Source of the DNA: Armatimonadota bacterium
Lineage (GTDB): Bacteria; Armatimonadota; UBA5829; DTLH01
Length of the DNA: 27,900 nt
Direction: 5' to 3'
Assembly: GCA_039680575.1 (NCBI GenBank)
Contig: JBDKSP010000083.1
Span: 1 to 27,900 of the forward strand
The position numbers and the translations under genes are program-made. The notes below the pieces were generated by a model. That model saw only the letters and a program-made list of their open reading frames with translations, was not told where the DNA came from and did no database searches. Every line of letters begins with the position of its first letter. Position 1 is the first letter of the stretch. This document shows, in pieces, positions 1 to 8,864 of this stretch.

Positions 1-193
1 CACACAACTTGCTAAAACTAAAGCAAACAACAGACAACAGAAGCGTAAGACGCAAGATTAACCTGTGCTGCTGGGACAATGACTTCCTGGCTTCCGTAGT
101 TGCTGGATTTTAGTGCGTAAGCCCTGATAGATAATGATCTACAGGTAGAATTTCAGTTGTAACACAGTCATATATGTAAGAGAGGAAAAGCCA

Positions 194-1357
194 ATGAAGG
201 AGTTCTTCCCAGGCATACAAAAGATCGAGTTTGAGGGTCCTGATTCAAGGAACCCGCTTGCTTTCAAACACTATAATGCCGCGGAGATGACTCTTCGGGC
301 AGCGTTCGAGTTCTTTACCAAGCTTGGAGTCGGGTTCTGGTGCTTTCACGACAGGGACATCGCCCCGGAAGCCGATGATCTCGCCGAAACGAACAGGCGG
401 CTGGACAGGATCGTCGATCTTGCGGAAAAACTGCAGAATGACACCGGCGTCAGACTCCTCTGGGGGACCTCAAACGCCTTTACCCGCAGGCGGTTTATGG
501 CCGGAGCCTCCACTAACCCATCGCCTGATGTATTTGCCTATGCTGCAAGCCAGGTAAAGAAGGCTATGGAGGTAACGAAGCGGTTGAAAGGCGCTGGATA
601 TGTCTTCTGGGGCGGGCGCGAAGGCTATGAAACGCTGCTCAATACGGATATGAAGCGAGAATTGGAGCATCTTGCCATATTTCTCAGGATGGCAGCGGAC
701 TACAAGAAAAAGATCGGGTTCGAGGGGCAGTTGTACATCGAACCGAAGCCCAAGGAACCGACGAAGCATCAGTACGACTTCGATTCTGCCACAGTCTACG
801 GATTTTTACTGAAAAACGGGCTCGATAATGATTTCAAAATCAACGTCGAGGCAAACCACGCGACACTCGCTGGCCATACGTTCCACCATGAGCTTGAATT
901 CTGTGCGGCAAACGGAATACTCGGTTCCGTTGATGCAAACCGGGGCGATGAACAGCTCGGCTGGGACACGGACCAGTTCCCCTCGAATATCTATGATACG
1001 ACGCTTGCAATGCACACGATCCTTCGAAGCGGAGGGTTTACCACAGGCGGGCTGAACTTCGATGCGAAAGTCCGCAGGCAGTCGATAGACCCGGAAGACC
1101 TTTTCTATGCCCACATCGGTGCGATGGACGCATTCGCGCGAGGATTGAAAACCGCTGCGAGGATTATAGAAGACGGGCGGCTCGCGGAAATAGTGAAAGA
1201 ACGCTACAAAGGCTGGGACTTCGGTATCGGTTCCGAGATCGAGAGCCGCAGAGCAGGGTTCGAGGAGCTTGAAGCGTACACGCTGGAACATGGGGAGCCA
1301 CACGTCCAAAGCGGCCGCCAGGAAATGATCGAGAACATATTGAACGAATATATCTGA
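194..1357 (+). CDS. xylA: Class II xylose isomerase with apparent in-frame N-terminal internal deletion (~50 aa); possibly non-functional
   Basis: Motifs FHDRD, WGGREG, EPKPKEP, NVEANHA, DANRGD, GWDTDQF and GGLNFDAK are present. The protein is 387 aa versus ~435-440 typical, and the usual HLRF.VAYWHT...DPFG...RPW segment is absent after [19 protein letters not shown] upstream. Confidence 0.92.
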   Translation: MKEFFPGIQKIEFEGPDSRNPLAFKHYNAAEMTLRAAFEFFTKLGVGFWCFHDRDIAPEADDLAETNRRLDRIVDLAEKLQNDTGVRLLWGTSNAFTRRRFMAGASTNPSPDVFAYAASQVKKAMEVTKRLKGAGYVFWGGREGYETLLNTDMKRELEHLAIFLRMAADYKKKIGFEGQLYIEPKPKEPTKHQYDFDSATVYGFLLKNGLDNDFKINVEANHATLAGHTFHHELEFCAANGILGSVDANRGDEQLGWDTDQFPSNIYDTTLAMHTILRSGGFTTGGLNFDAKVRRQSIDPEDLFYAHIGAMDAFARGLKTAARIIEDGRLAEIVKERYKGWDFGIGSEIESRRAGFEELEAYTLEHGEPHVQSGRQEMIENILNEYI

Positions 1358-1456
1358 TGGCTAGCTGAAAACCTATAATCGGAAATTCCGGTAGTTTTGT
1401 CGGTAATGGCGTATCGCTGTAATCCCGAAAAAGAATAGTGGGAGGGAGACGATACG

Positions 1457-1852
1457 ATGTGCAAGGGGATCGAAACCTTAAGAAGTGGACTGGAAGCTTT
1501 TAAGGTCAGTGATTACACGACGGCTGTGAGTTTACTCGAGCAGGCTACTATGGAGGACCACGAGGACTACCAGGCGTTTCTCTATCTGGGCGCGGCTTAT
1601 ACCGGCGCAGGCAGGAACAACGCGGCGATAGGGGCATTCAGAAGGGCAGCGGAGCTTCGACCTGAAGATGCGCGTGTGCATTACAATCTCGGACAGGCAT
1701 ACGAAGCTGCCGGAGTACCGAGAGAAGCTATGTTCGAGTATACTCAAGCACTCAAGATCAATCCATGTTACGCGAACGCTCAGACAGCGTTGACATCACT
1801 CAAAGCCCGAACCTCCGCTCAGAACGGTCGGAGAATGCAACTCAGCGCGTAG
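1457..1852 (+). CDS. Small TPR-repeat protein
   Basis: TPR consensus (AFLYLGAAY...A...FRRAAELRP; VHYNLGQAY...A...Y..ALKINP); GGAGG RBS. Confidence 0.85.
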   Translation: MCKGIETLRSGLEAFKVSDYTTAVSLLEQATMEDHEDYQAFLYLGAAYTGAGRNNAAIGAFRRAAELRPEDARVHYNLGQAYEAAGVPREAMFEYTQALKINPCYANAQTALTSLKARTSAQNGRRMQLSA

Positions 1853-1944
1853 CGGGCTCCGTTTATTTGTTCGTAGACTGAGCCTGCTTGTTGAGACGGC
1901 ACCGAGCAACAGGCATCCATGCATGCTTTGGGCGGACGGGTCTG

Positions 1945-1989
1945 CCGGGTTTGTCGAAGAGGCACGAACTACCTCTTCGACGAACCCGG
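1945..1989. terminator. Long hairpin between the convergent TPR gene and dprA (probable bidirectional terminator)
   Basis: ccgggtttgtcgaagagg (1945-1962) / cctcttcgacgaacccgg (1972-1989), 18-bp stem with one G-T pair. Confidence 0.6.
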
Positions 1990-2005
1990 ACTAATATTAT
2001 CCGGC

Positions 2006-3097
2006 TCAAAGCGCCCGGACATAGGCGTTTCCGGGGACTCGCTTGACTATTCCCTTCATTTCGAGCATCGTCAGCATTCCGATTACCTGCGAAGCGGGCA
2101 GTCTAGTCTCCTGGATGATCTGGTCCACATGTTTCGCCTGCAGCGACAGTGTCTCTACCAGTTTTCGCTCTTCATCCGTAAGCGATTCAAACGCGAAAGT
2201 CAGTTGAGGCTTGAGATTTTCTTCGGTTTGAATTCCAAGGTCTTCCAGTATCTGATCAGCCGACTCTACAAGCGTCGCTCCATCGCGAATGAGCGCATGG
2301 CAGCCCTGGTTACGGACATCGTCGACATTACCGGGCAGCACGAAGATATCACGTCCCTGTTCCTGCGCATACCGGGCTGTTATGAGCGCGCCGGAGCTTG
2401 GAGGGGCTTGTATGACAAGCAGTCCGATCGAAAGGCCGCTTATTATCCTGTTTCGCGCAGGAAAACGCCAACCTTCTGGCGGAGTACCCGGAGAAAACTC
2501 AGAGACCACCGCGCCGTTTTCAGCAACCCTGTCGAACAGCTCCTTATGCTCGGCCGGATAGCAGATATCGATCCCACAGCCGAGCACAGCGACGGTGCGG
2601 CCGCCTGCTGCAAGTGTTCCTTTGTGAGCTGCGGCATCGATTCCCCTCGCGCCGCCGCTTATAACCGTCAGTCCCCGGTTCGACAGGTCTTTGGCTATTC
2701 GCTCTGCCATACTCCTGCCGTAGACAGAAGCCTTTCTGGAACCGACGATGGCAATGGCGAATTTATCCGGTTCCTTCAACTCTCCACGGATAAAGAGGAC
2801 TATCGGAGGGTCGATGATCTGCTGCAGATTAGCCGGGTAGTCTTTGTCCTGAAAAGAAATCAGCCGGATATTCTTTTTCTGGAGGGTATCAAGAGAGCGG
2901 TCAAGATCGGATGGCTCAGGTGATAGCAGTTTTTCAAGAGAGCGCCCGGTCAGCCCTTCTACTGATCTAAGCTCGGTTTCCGTCGCCGAGAAGACAGCTT
3001 CAGGGCTGCCGAAGCACTCAACGAGAGCGGCTGCCCGCCTGGGGGCAAGTTCAAGCTTGCTCAGGCGGAGCCAACTCCTTATATCGGTTCGGTCCAT
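2006..3097 (-). CDS. dprA: DNA-processing protein DprA (Smf)
   Basis: Motifs AIVGSR, ISGGARGID, VSEFSPG, FPARNRIISGLS, SGALITA and LIRDGA; C-terminal winged helix (LTMLEMKGIV). Start overlaps the upstream gene's stop (TGATG). Confidence 0.96.
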   Translation of the reverse strand: MDRTDIRSWLRLSKLELAPRRAAALVECFGSPEAVFSATETELRSVEGLTGRSLEKLLSPEPSDLDRSLDTLQKKNIRLISFQDKDYPANLQQIIDPPIVLFIRGELKEPDKFAIAIVGSRKASVYGRSMAERIAKDLSNRGLTVISGGARGIDAAAHKGTLAAGGRTVAVLGCGIDICYPAEHKELFDRVAENGAVVSEFSPGTPPEGWRFPARNRIISGLSIGLLVIQAPPSSGALITARYAQEQGRDIFVLPGNVDDVRNQGCHALIRDGATLVESADQILEDLGIQTEENLKPQLTFAFESLTDEERKLVETLSLQAKHVDQIIQETRLPASQVIGMLTMLEMKGIVKRVPGNAYVRAL

Positions 3098-4818
3098 CAG
3101 GGCATGCCGCCGCCGAACCCACCTGGACTGGGAGGAGGCGGACCGTCACCTCCTGGTCCACCGGGAAATGGCTGGTTGCCAGAACCCTGCCCGGGATTAT
3201 TCTGTGATCCTCCCGGATTCTGACCACTATCGGGTGTGGTCGTCGTCGGTACTGTCGGCTGCGGGCGAGTGGCAGGTTTTTTCTTCTTGGTCTTGTCCTT
3301 GGTTACTACCTTTGGAGGAGGCATCGAGTTATCAACTACAAAAGACCAAGTATACTTTACCTCGTTGCCCTTCCAGTCATCTGCAATAATGGTCAGAACA
3401 TGCCTTCCGTCAGAGAGCGGCCTGACCGGGCTGGTAATAGGTGTCATGTAAGAGAGCTTCAATGTCGATGCATTGAAGGTGTAGTCTACCTTTTCATCAT
3501 CCACCAGCAGTTGGATGCTGCCGGGATTGACGCCGGTGCTCTCATCAAAAAGGACCGCTGATACCTGTATGGGAGGATGACCCGACATAGCCGTTCCCAG
3601 AAGCGGTGTCACATTGAACAGCTTGGGCGAGGTGTTGTCCGGGGCGTCGTTCCTAAAGCATCTGAGCGATCCGTCGTCGGTCAATACGAAAAGCGAGTTG
3701 TTGGCGACCACCGGCGGAGCAGAGATGGATGTGAAATCCGCCGACTGATTGTTGTTGCCGACAATCGAAGGAGTGTTTGTATAATTCCACGTAAGATTGC
3801 CGGTCTCTGCTGAAAATGCATATACCATACCACGGCTGGTCCCGACGAAGACCGTGTCTCCTGCAACAACGGGAGGAGCAGTTACGGGTATTTTGAGATC
3901 AGGCGCAGCAGCCCACTTCGCCTTTGCGGCGGACAACCCGACTGTATAGGCGTAAAGCTTCCAGTTGCGGCAGACCACGTAAACATCATCCCCCGCTACG
4001 GCAATCGGAGTAGCCACATCGCTCTGCAGATTGATCACATAGCGCAGTTGACCGCTCTTTACGCTCAGGACATAAATGCTGTTTCCCGACGGTATGAGGA
4101 CCATATTGCCGGAAACCACCGGAATGCTCTGCGCGGTGGAGGTCGGGAGCCTGTAAGTCCATCGAATCTTGCCGGTGGCGCTGTTCGCTGCGTAGATATT
4201 CGCGTCCAGGGAAGTGAAAACAACTATTCCGGGAGATATTGCGGGAGAAGCGGCAACATCGTCATTGGTGCGGAAACCGCTGGTCCATGAAAGCTCGCCG
4301 CTCCGCGCATCTACAGCATAAAGGTTATTATCGTCAGAGCCTACGAAGACCGTGCCATTCGATACAATAGGTGTAGAACGGATTGCGCTTTCCATGGAAA
4401 ATGTCCAGGACATAAGCCCTGTGGCTGCGTTAAGCGCGTACAGTTTGCCGTCCATACCGCCAAAGAACAACAAGTCTTCCCAAATGGTGATCCCGGTCTT
4501 TACAGCAGACTTTAGGCCTTCCGGACCTGCCGGGAATTTCCACTTCAGATTTCCCACGGCTGTATCAACCGCAAATATATGGTCTCCTGAGGAAAAGTAC
4601 GCGGTGTCTCCGAAGACTGACGGCGCGGATGTATTATTGGTAGACTTAGTGGTGTTGTACTGCCAGTGCAAGGTCAACGGCATGGTGAGTTTCTGCGGTG
4701 TATAACCTGTCTGGGCTTCATCATATCTGGCCATCGTCCAGTCACTCTCTGCTGCATGCGCCACTGTGCCAACAGCAAGCACCATGACCAGAGCGACAAC
4801 CAAGCGCTTATAGATCAT
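3097..4818 (-). CDS. Secreted PQQ-like/BamB-type beta-propeller repeat protein with C-terminal Ig-like domain and Pro/Gly-rich tail
   Basis: Signal peptide; repeated 'VFVGS.D..LYA.DA..G...W' units; low-complexity P/G C-terminus. Confidence 0.85.
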   Translation of the reverse strand: MIYKRLVVALVMVLAVGTVAHAAESDWTMARYDEAQTGYTPQKLTMPLTLHWQYNTTKSTNNTSAPSVFGDTAYFSSGDHIFAVDTAVGNLKWKFPAGPEGLKSAVKTGITIWEDLLFFGGMDGKLYALNAATGLMSWTFSMESAIRSTPIVSNGTVFVGSDDNNLYAVDARSGELSWTSGFRTNDDVAASPAISPGIVVFTSLDANIYAANSATGKIRWTYRLPTSTAQSIPVVSGNMVLIPSGNSIYVLSVKSGQLRYVINLQSDVATPIAVAGDDVYVVCRNWKLYAYTVGLSAAKAKWAAAPDLKIPVTAPPVVAGDTVFVGTSRGMVYAFSAETGNLTWNYTNTPSIVGNNNQSADFTSISAPPVVANNSLFVLTDDGSLRCFRNDAPDNTSPKLFNVTPLLGTAMSGHPPIQVSAVLFDESTGVNPGSIQLLVDDEKVDYTFNASTLKLSYMTPITSPVRPLSDGRHVLTIIADDWKGNEVKYTWSFVVDNSMPPPKVVTKDKTKKKKPATRPQPTVPTTTTPDSGQNPGGSQNNPGQGSGNQPFPGGPGGDGPPPPSPGGFGGGMP

Positions 4819-5007
4819 CGAAATCCTCCCTCGAAACAGACAAATGTCTTAAAAGAGCATTATTCACGATAAATCATGAACAGAGTACTCCCGAAACGAA
4901 TCAAGCACCCTAGCACGATTATATCAGGTAATACCAAAGTGAAGCAATGCGTCAATTACTCTTAATAGACCTTGCCGGGAGGTTGTGTGTTCCGTTTGAA
5001 CGCTATT

Positions 5008-5709
5008 TTACCAGAGATCAATGGTAATATCGGCGCCTCCGACGTTGACATTCGCCTGTCCTGATGCCGGGTTCACATTAAACACCAGTGGTCCGAAAGC
5101 GCTGCTCATACCGCCGATCCTGCCGGTCCGCTCGATGTTGCCCTTGGCAACGATCTTTATATCAGCTCCGGATGCCGAAACCTCGATGTTGCCTTTGAAT
5201 GTGTAAACCGCAAGCGGCGTCTCAATGGAAGCCCTGCAGGGTAAAAAACCGTTTGCTGTCACTCCCTGCTGATCGACCGCGTATGACACTTTCACCGGCA
5301 TTTCCCGGCAGAGCCGGACAACACCGTTTCCTGTAATGCCTTTTCCCGGTTCGACCACGAGGTTCGCGTCGCATATCGGCTGCCCCTGCGTCTGCACGGT
5401 CCCAGTGCCCTGCAGCCCTCTTCTATCGAGCATGAAGCTCCCGTCTATTCTGACTCCGCCAACATTGAAGCTGGTCCTGGTGCTTCCGATGACCAGTCCG
5501 GCAGAAGAACGGCTAAGATCAATCCGGCAGTTTCCTCCGCCGGGGACCGCCACGTTGCCTGTAGCACGCCCTGAACCATCCGCGTCTGACGACCCCTTTA
5601 TATTGCTTATGGTAAACCCGCCGAGTTCCATCGTTTCCGGCCAGTCAGCAGCAAGAACCGGAACCGCGAATAAGGCTATCATAATCCAGACAATAAACAC
5701 TAATCTCAT
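5008..5709 (-). CDS. Secreted hypothetical beta-rich protein
   Basis: 233-aa ORF with a hydrophobic signal peptide ending VLA-A and Gly-rich beta-strand pattern. Confidence 0.7.
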   Translation of the reverse strand: MRLVFIVWIMIALFAVPVLAADWPETMELGGFTISNIKGSSDADGSGRATGNVAVPGGGNCRIDLSRSSAGLVIGSTRTSFNVGGVRIDGSFMLDRRGLQGTGTVQTQGQPICDANLVVEPGKGITGNGVVRLCREMPVKVSYAVDQQGVTANGFLPCRASIETPLAVYTFKGNIEVSASGADIKIVAKGNIERTGRIGGMSSAFGPLVFNVNPASGQANVNVGGADITIDLW

Positions 5710-5844
5710 TGTATTAAGTATCTTTTACCAACCGAAATATATAATCGATTATCCGTAGAATATCTTTCCATAAATCTTCAGACGAAAAAACTGAATAAAC
5801 ATTGCCTGTAAGTAGTTGACAACTATTTGTGAACATGGTACAGT

Positions 5845-5873
5845 GTGGCAACCGAACGTTTGTTCGCTATAAT
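5845..5873 (+). promoter_or_regulatory. Sigma70-type promoter with an embedded LexA/SOS-type operator
   Basis: gtggca (5845-5850), 17-bp spacer, TATAAT (5868-5873). CGAAC-GTTT-GTTCG (5853-5866) lies in the spacer. GGAGGT RBS at 5878-5883. Confidence 0.75.
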
Positions 5874-5891
5874 CGGCGGAGGTATTGTGAA

Positions 5892-6374
5892 ATGGGCAAT
5901 GGACAGGGGACTTTACTGAGGGCACAAGCTGAAAATGGCAGGCATCCGGCGGACCGGCTGCTGCTTGAGGAAGCCGCGGATGAGATGCTTCGTGAGGAGG
6001 CTGGCGGGCGGAAGCGGGTCTATACGGAGAAGCAACTGGCAAGGAAGATAAGGCTCGAATCCAAACGGATTCCCGACGCCGGGGAGTGCTGTCTGCCTGC
6101 GGAAGCGCTGGATTACCTGCTCAGAAAGCAGATCAGCCTGATGATCGACTGCTCTCGACTGTCAAAACTGCAGGCGGCGGTGCTCTTTATGGTATCGGAG
6201 GGTTACAGCCTTACAGAGATCGCCAAAGACTTCGATATTTCATACGACTCGGTGCGGCGCGCTCTCAGAACAGCGCGTTCAAGACTGTCCAGGAACAATT
6301 CTCCCTACGATGGCCTGTACGAGGTCTACTGGAGCGAAGTGCACAGGTATATCTACAGGAAACGCACGGCCTGA
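5892..6374 (+). CDS. Sigma70 region-4/LuxR-like HTH transcriptional regulator
   Basis: C-terminal LSKLQAAVL.MVSEGYSLTEIAKDFDISYDSVRRALRTARSRL HTH pattern. Start re-assigned to ATG 5892 because of the RBS. Confidence 0.75.
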   Translation: MGNGQGTLLRAQAENGRHPADRLLLEEAADEMLREEAGGRKRVYTEKQLARKIRLESKRIPDAGECCLPAEALDYLLRKQISLMIDCSRLSKLQAAVLFMVSEGYSLTEIAKDFDISYDSVRRALRTARSRLSRNNSPYDGLYEVYWSEVHRYIYRKRTA

Positions 6375-6420
6375 GGGACTTTTACCTCCGAAAACGGGTG
6401 CATGTCCGGCATAAAACAAT

Positions 6421-6449
6421 AGGGCGAATGGTTTTAGGCCATTCGCCCT
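6421..6449. terminator. Hairpin between the convergent HTH and PPIase genes
   Basis: agggcgaatgg / ccattcgccct perfect 11-bp stem; a second small stem plus T-run lies at 6464-6484. Confidence 0.6.
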
Positions 6450-6482
6450 GTCTTGACATATCCAACCCGGGTGGGTTCTTTT

Positions 6483-7652
6483 TTACTTAGCCGGCTGCGG
6501 TGCGGGAGCCGGTTTGGACTGCGTCTTCGGAGCAATCTTGGTCGGAGGGACCGTCTGCTCGTCGGACATCTCTGCCGGCTTCGGATCAGGAAGCGTCGGC
6601 ACGAGGATGTTGTTTATTTTTGCATCGGATTTAATCGAATTGAATACTTTGCCAAGCTCCATCTGCATCCTCTGGGCAAGGATCCGCTTTCTTATGGAAT
6701 CCTTCTCAGCCGGAGTTGCATTTTTTCCGAGCTTGTCTACCTTCACCAGGTGATAGCCGAATTGTGTTTTGACCGGCTCGCTGATCTCGCCCGCTTTCAG
6801 ATTGAAAGCAGCGTCCGAGAACTGCTGGACCATTTCATTCCGCCGGAACCAGCCAAGCTCTCCACCGTTTTCTTTGTTGGACGGGTCATCGGAGTATTCT
6901 TTTGCGGCTTGCTCGAAAGACTTACCGCCTTTGATTTCCGCCAGTATCTTCTCAGCAGTCTCTTTGGCCGCTGTATCTGCCTTGGTTTTTTCCTCTAAAG
7001 TTGCATCCGGTGAGGTCGTCGCGGGTCTAATAAGGATATGGCGTGCCTTAATGAACTCGGAATACTCGGCATCGGTCAACTGAGTCTGCTTTTCGAGGAT
7101 CTTCTCAAGAGCAAGCTGTACCGTAATTGTCGAGTTTATTCGGGCCCGCGTCGCTTTGCTTCGCTGAAGAGTCGCGTCAAGCGTATCGCCTGGCCTGACA
7201 TTGCTGGACGCTACTTCAGTAAGCCTTGCATCGATATCAGACTGAGTAACGCTGACGCCATCCTTTTTCAAGGCCTGAAGTATCATCTTCGAATTTATAC
7301 ACTCTTCCAGCGCTTGAGGAGCGTACCAATCCCATAAAGCGTCCATCAGCTCACCTTTGGTGATATTCTCATTACCTACGGTGGCGACAACGGCGGAATC
7401 AGGTCCGGATTTAAATTTCTTCAGGTTGGCTTCCATTGTCGGCTTTATTGCCGTGGCAGCCGGTTTTACTGCCTGAGTAGCAGGTTTTGCGGCAGCCGGT
7501 TTAGCCGGCGCCGGAGTAGTTTTGGCGGGCGCTGTCTTCACAACAGGCGCCTTCTTTACCGCTGGTTTTGACTGCTCAGCAGCCCAGACGGTGCTCGGAA
7601 TGGCTACAGCCACTACCAGCGCGGTTGTGGCGATAAGCCTCTTATTGAGCAT
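6483..7652 (-). CDS. Parvulin-type peptidyl-prolyl isomerase (PrsA/SurA-like foldase)
   Basis: Motifs ARHILI, FEQAAKEYSDD, NGGELGWF, MVQQFSDAAF and EPVKTQFGYHLVKV; signal peptide and PAK-rich linker; AAAGGAG RBS before MLNKRL. Confidence 0.9.
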   Translation of the reverse strand: MLNKRLIATTALVVAVAIPSTVWAAEQSKPAVKKAPVVKTAPAKTTPAPAKPAAAKPATQAVKPAATAIKPTMEANLKKFKSGPDSAVVATVGNENITKGELMDALWDWYAPQALEECINSKMILQALKKDGVSVTQSDIDARLTEVASSNVRPGDTLDATLQRSKATRARINSTITVQLALEKILEKQTQLTDAEYSEFIKARHILIRPATTSPDATLEEKTKADTAAKETAEKILAEIKGGKSFEQAAKEYSDDPSNKENGGELGWFRRNEMVQQFSDAAFNLKAGEISEPVKTQFGYHLVKVDKLGKNATPAEKDSIRKRILAQRMQMELGKVFNSIKSDAKINNILVPTLPDPKPAEMSDEQTVPPTKIAPKTQSKPAPAPQPAK

Positions 7653-7855
7653 AAGTTGCACTCCTTTCAAGCTTGAGGTAGTTAACAGGTAAATGTTACT
7701 ACAATATAAATCAACGGTCAATAATGTCAAATGTCAACAGTCTGCACGGATAGAAATATGGCGCCTCCTGGGGATAGCGATGGGTAATCTTGACTGCCTG
7801 CTAACCCTGATCTATAATTCCCCCGGCAGATATATGATATTGGAGGCATGAAGCT

Positions 7856-8818
7856 ATGAAGATAGGTGTATTTACAGCACTTTTCGGGCAGCAGTCCAGA
7901 GACAAGGCACTTGATTACATCGCGGAATCGGGAGTCGAAGCGGTCGAGTTCGGCACGGGAAACTACTCCGTGGACCGGCATGTGGGTGTAGACCGGCTGC
8001 TTTCGGATGAAGGCGCACGTAAAGGACTTCTCAAAGCGGTCGAATCCAGAGGGCTCGTAATCAGCGCGCTTTCCTGCCACGGCAACTCGCTTCATCCTGA
8101 TGAGAAAATAGCAAAAGCACATCACGAGACAAGGCGAAAGACTATCGAACTTGCCGAAAAACTGGGAGTCACACACGTGGTGGATTTTGCAGGATGCCCT
8201 GGGGACGGTCCGGGTGCGACAAAACCGAACTGGGTGACATGTGCCTGGCCGCCGGATTTCACGGAAATTCTTGACTGGCAGTGGAACGAAAAAGTTATCC
8301 CCTACTGGGTGGAAGAGGCCAAATTCGCCGAAAAACACGGCGTTAGGATCTGCTTCGAGATGCATCCTGGGTTCGTGGTCTATAACCCGGAGACAATGCT
8401 CCGCATAAGGGAGGCTGCTGGAGAGGCTATAGGCGCGAATTTCGATCCGAGCCACCTGTTCTGGCAGGGAATCGATGTTATTGCGGCCATTCGCAAGCTC
8501 GGCAGCGCCATTTATTATTTCCATGCCAAAGATACCCGCATCGATGAGATCAATACGAGCATAAACGGTGTGCTCGACACCAAGCCTTACTCCGAAGAGA
8601 TCGACCGCTCCTGGATATTCAGGAGCGTCGGCTACGGTCACGGCTATCAGGTCTGGAAAGACATCGTGAGCACCCTGCGGATGGTCGGTTACGACGATGT
8701 GCTTTCAATCGAGCACGAAGACAGCCTGATGTCCGTAAACGAAGGCTTCCAGAAAGCTGTCAAGTTCCTGAAGCAGGTCGTCATGACGGAAGAGACAGGC
8801 GCGATGTGGTGGGCGTAG
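7856..8818 (+). CDS. Sugar-phosphate isomerase/epimerase (xylose-isomerase-like TIM barrel)
   Basis: Motifs FEMHPG, NFDPSHLFWQG, FHAKD and LSIEHED, ending MWWA; GGAGG RBS. Confidence 0.9.
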   Translation: MKIGVFTALFGQQSRDKALDYIAESGVEAVEFGTGNYSVDRHVGVDRLLSDEGARKGLLKAVESRGLVISALSCHGNSLHPDEKIAKAHHETRRKTIELAEKLGVTHVVDFAGCPGDGPGATKPNWVTCAWPPDFTEILDWQWNEKVIPYWVEEAKFAEKHGVRICFEMHPGFVVYNPETMLRIREAAGEAIGANFDPSHLFWQGIDVIAAIRKLGSAIYYFHAKDTRIDEINTSINGVLDTKPYSEEIDRSWIFRSVGYGHGYQVWKDIVSTLRMVGYDDVLSIEHEDSLMSVNEGFQKAVKFLKQVVMTEETGAMWWA

Positions 8819-8864
8819 TTAGCTGATTGCTTTTCGCTGTTCCCTTTCCGGATCGGAGCTGCAG

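Noticed and set aside
1..60. Possible start of a minus-strand gene (TTG at 55, MRLTLLLSVV...)
   Set aside because: Too short and lacks a clear RBS; cannot be supported within the window
1919..2923. 334-aa + strand ORF
   Set aside because: Antisense shadow of dprA with no recognisable motifs
5831..5842. Second SOS box (gaacatggtaca)
   Set aside because: Spacing and right half-site do not fit GAAC-N4-GTTC
7727..8641. 304-aa - strand ORF
   Set aside because: Antisense shadow of the sugar-phosphate isomerase gene
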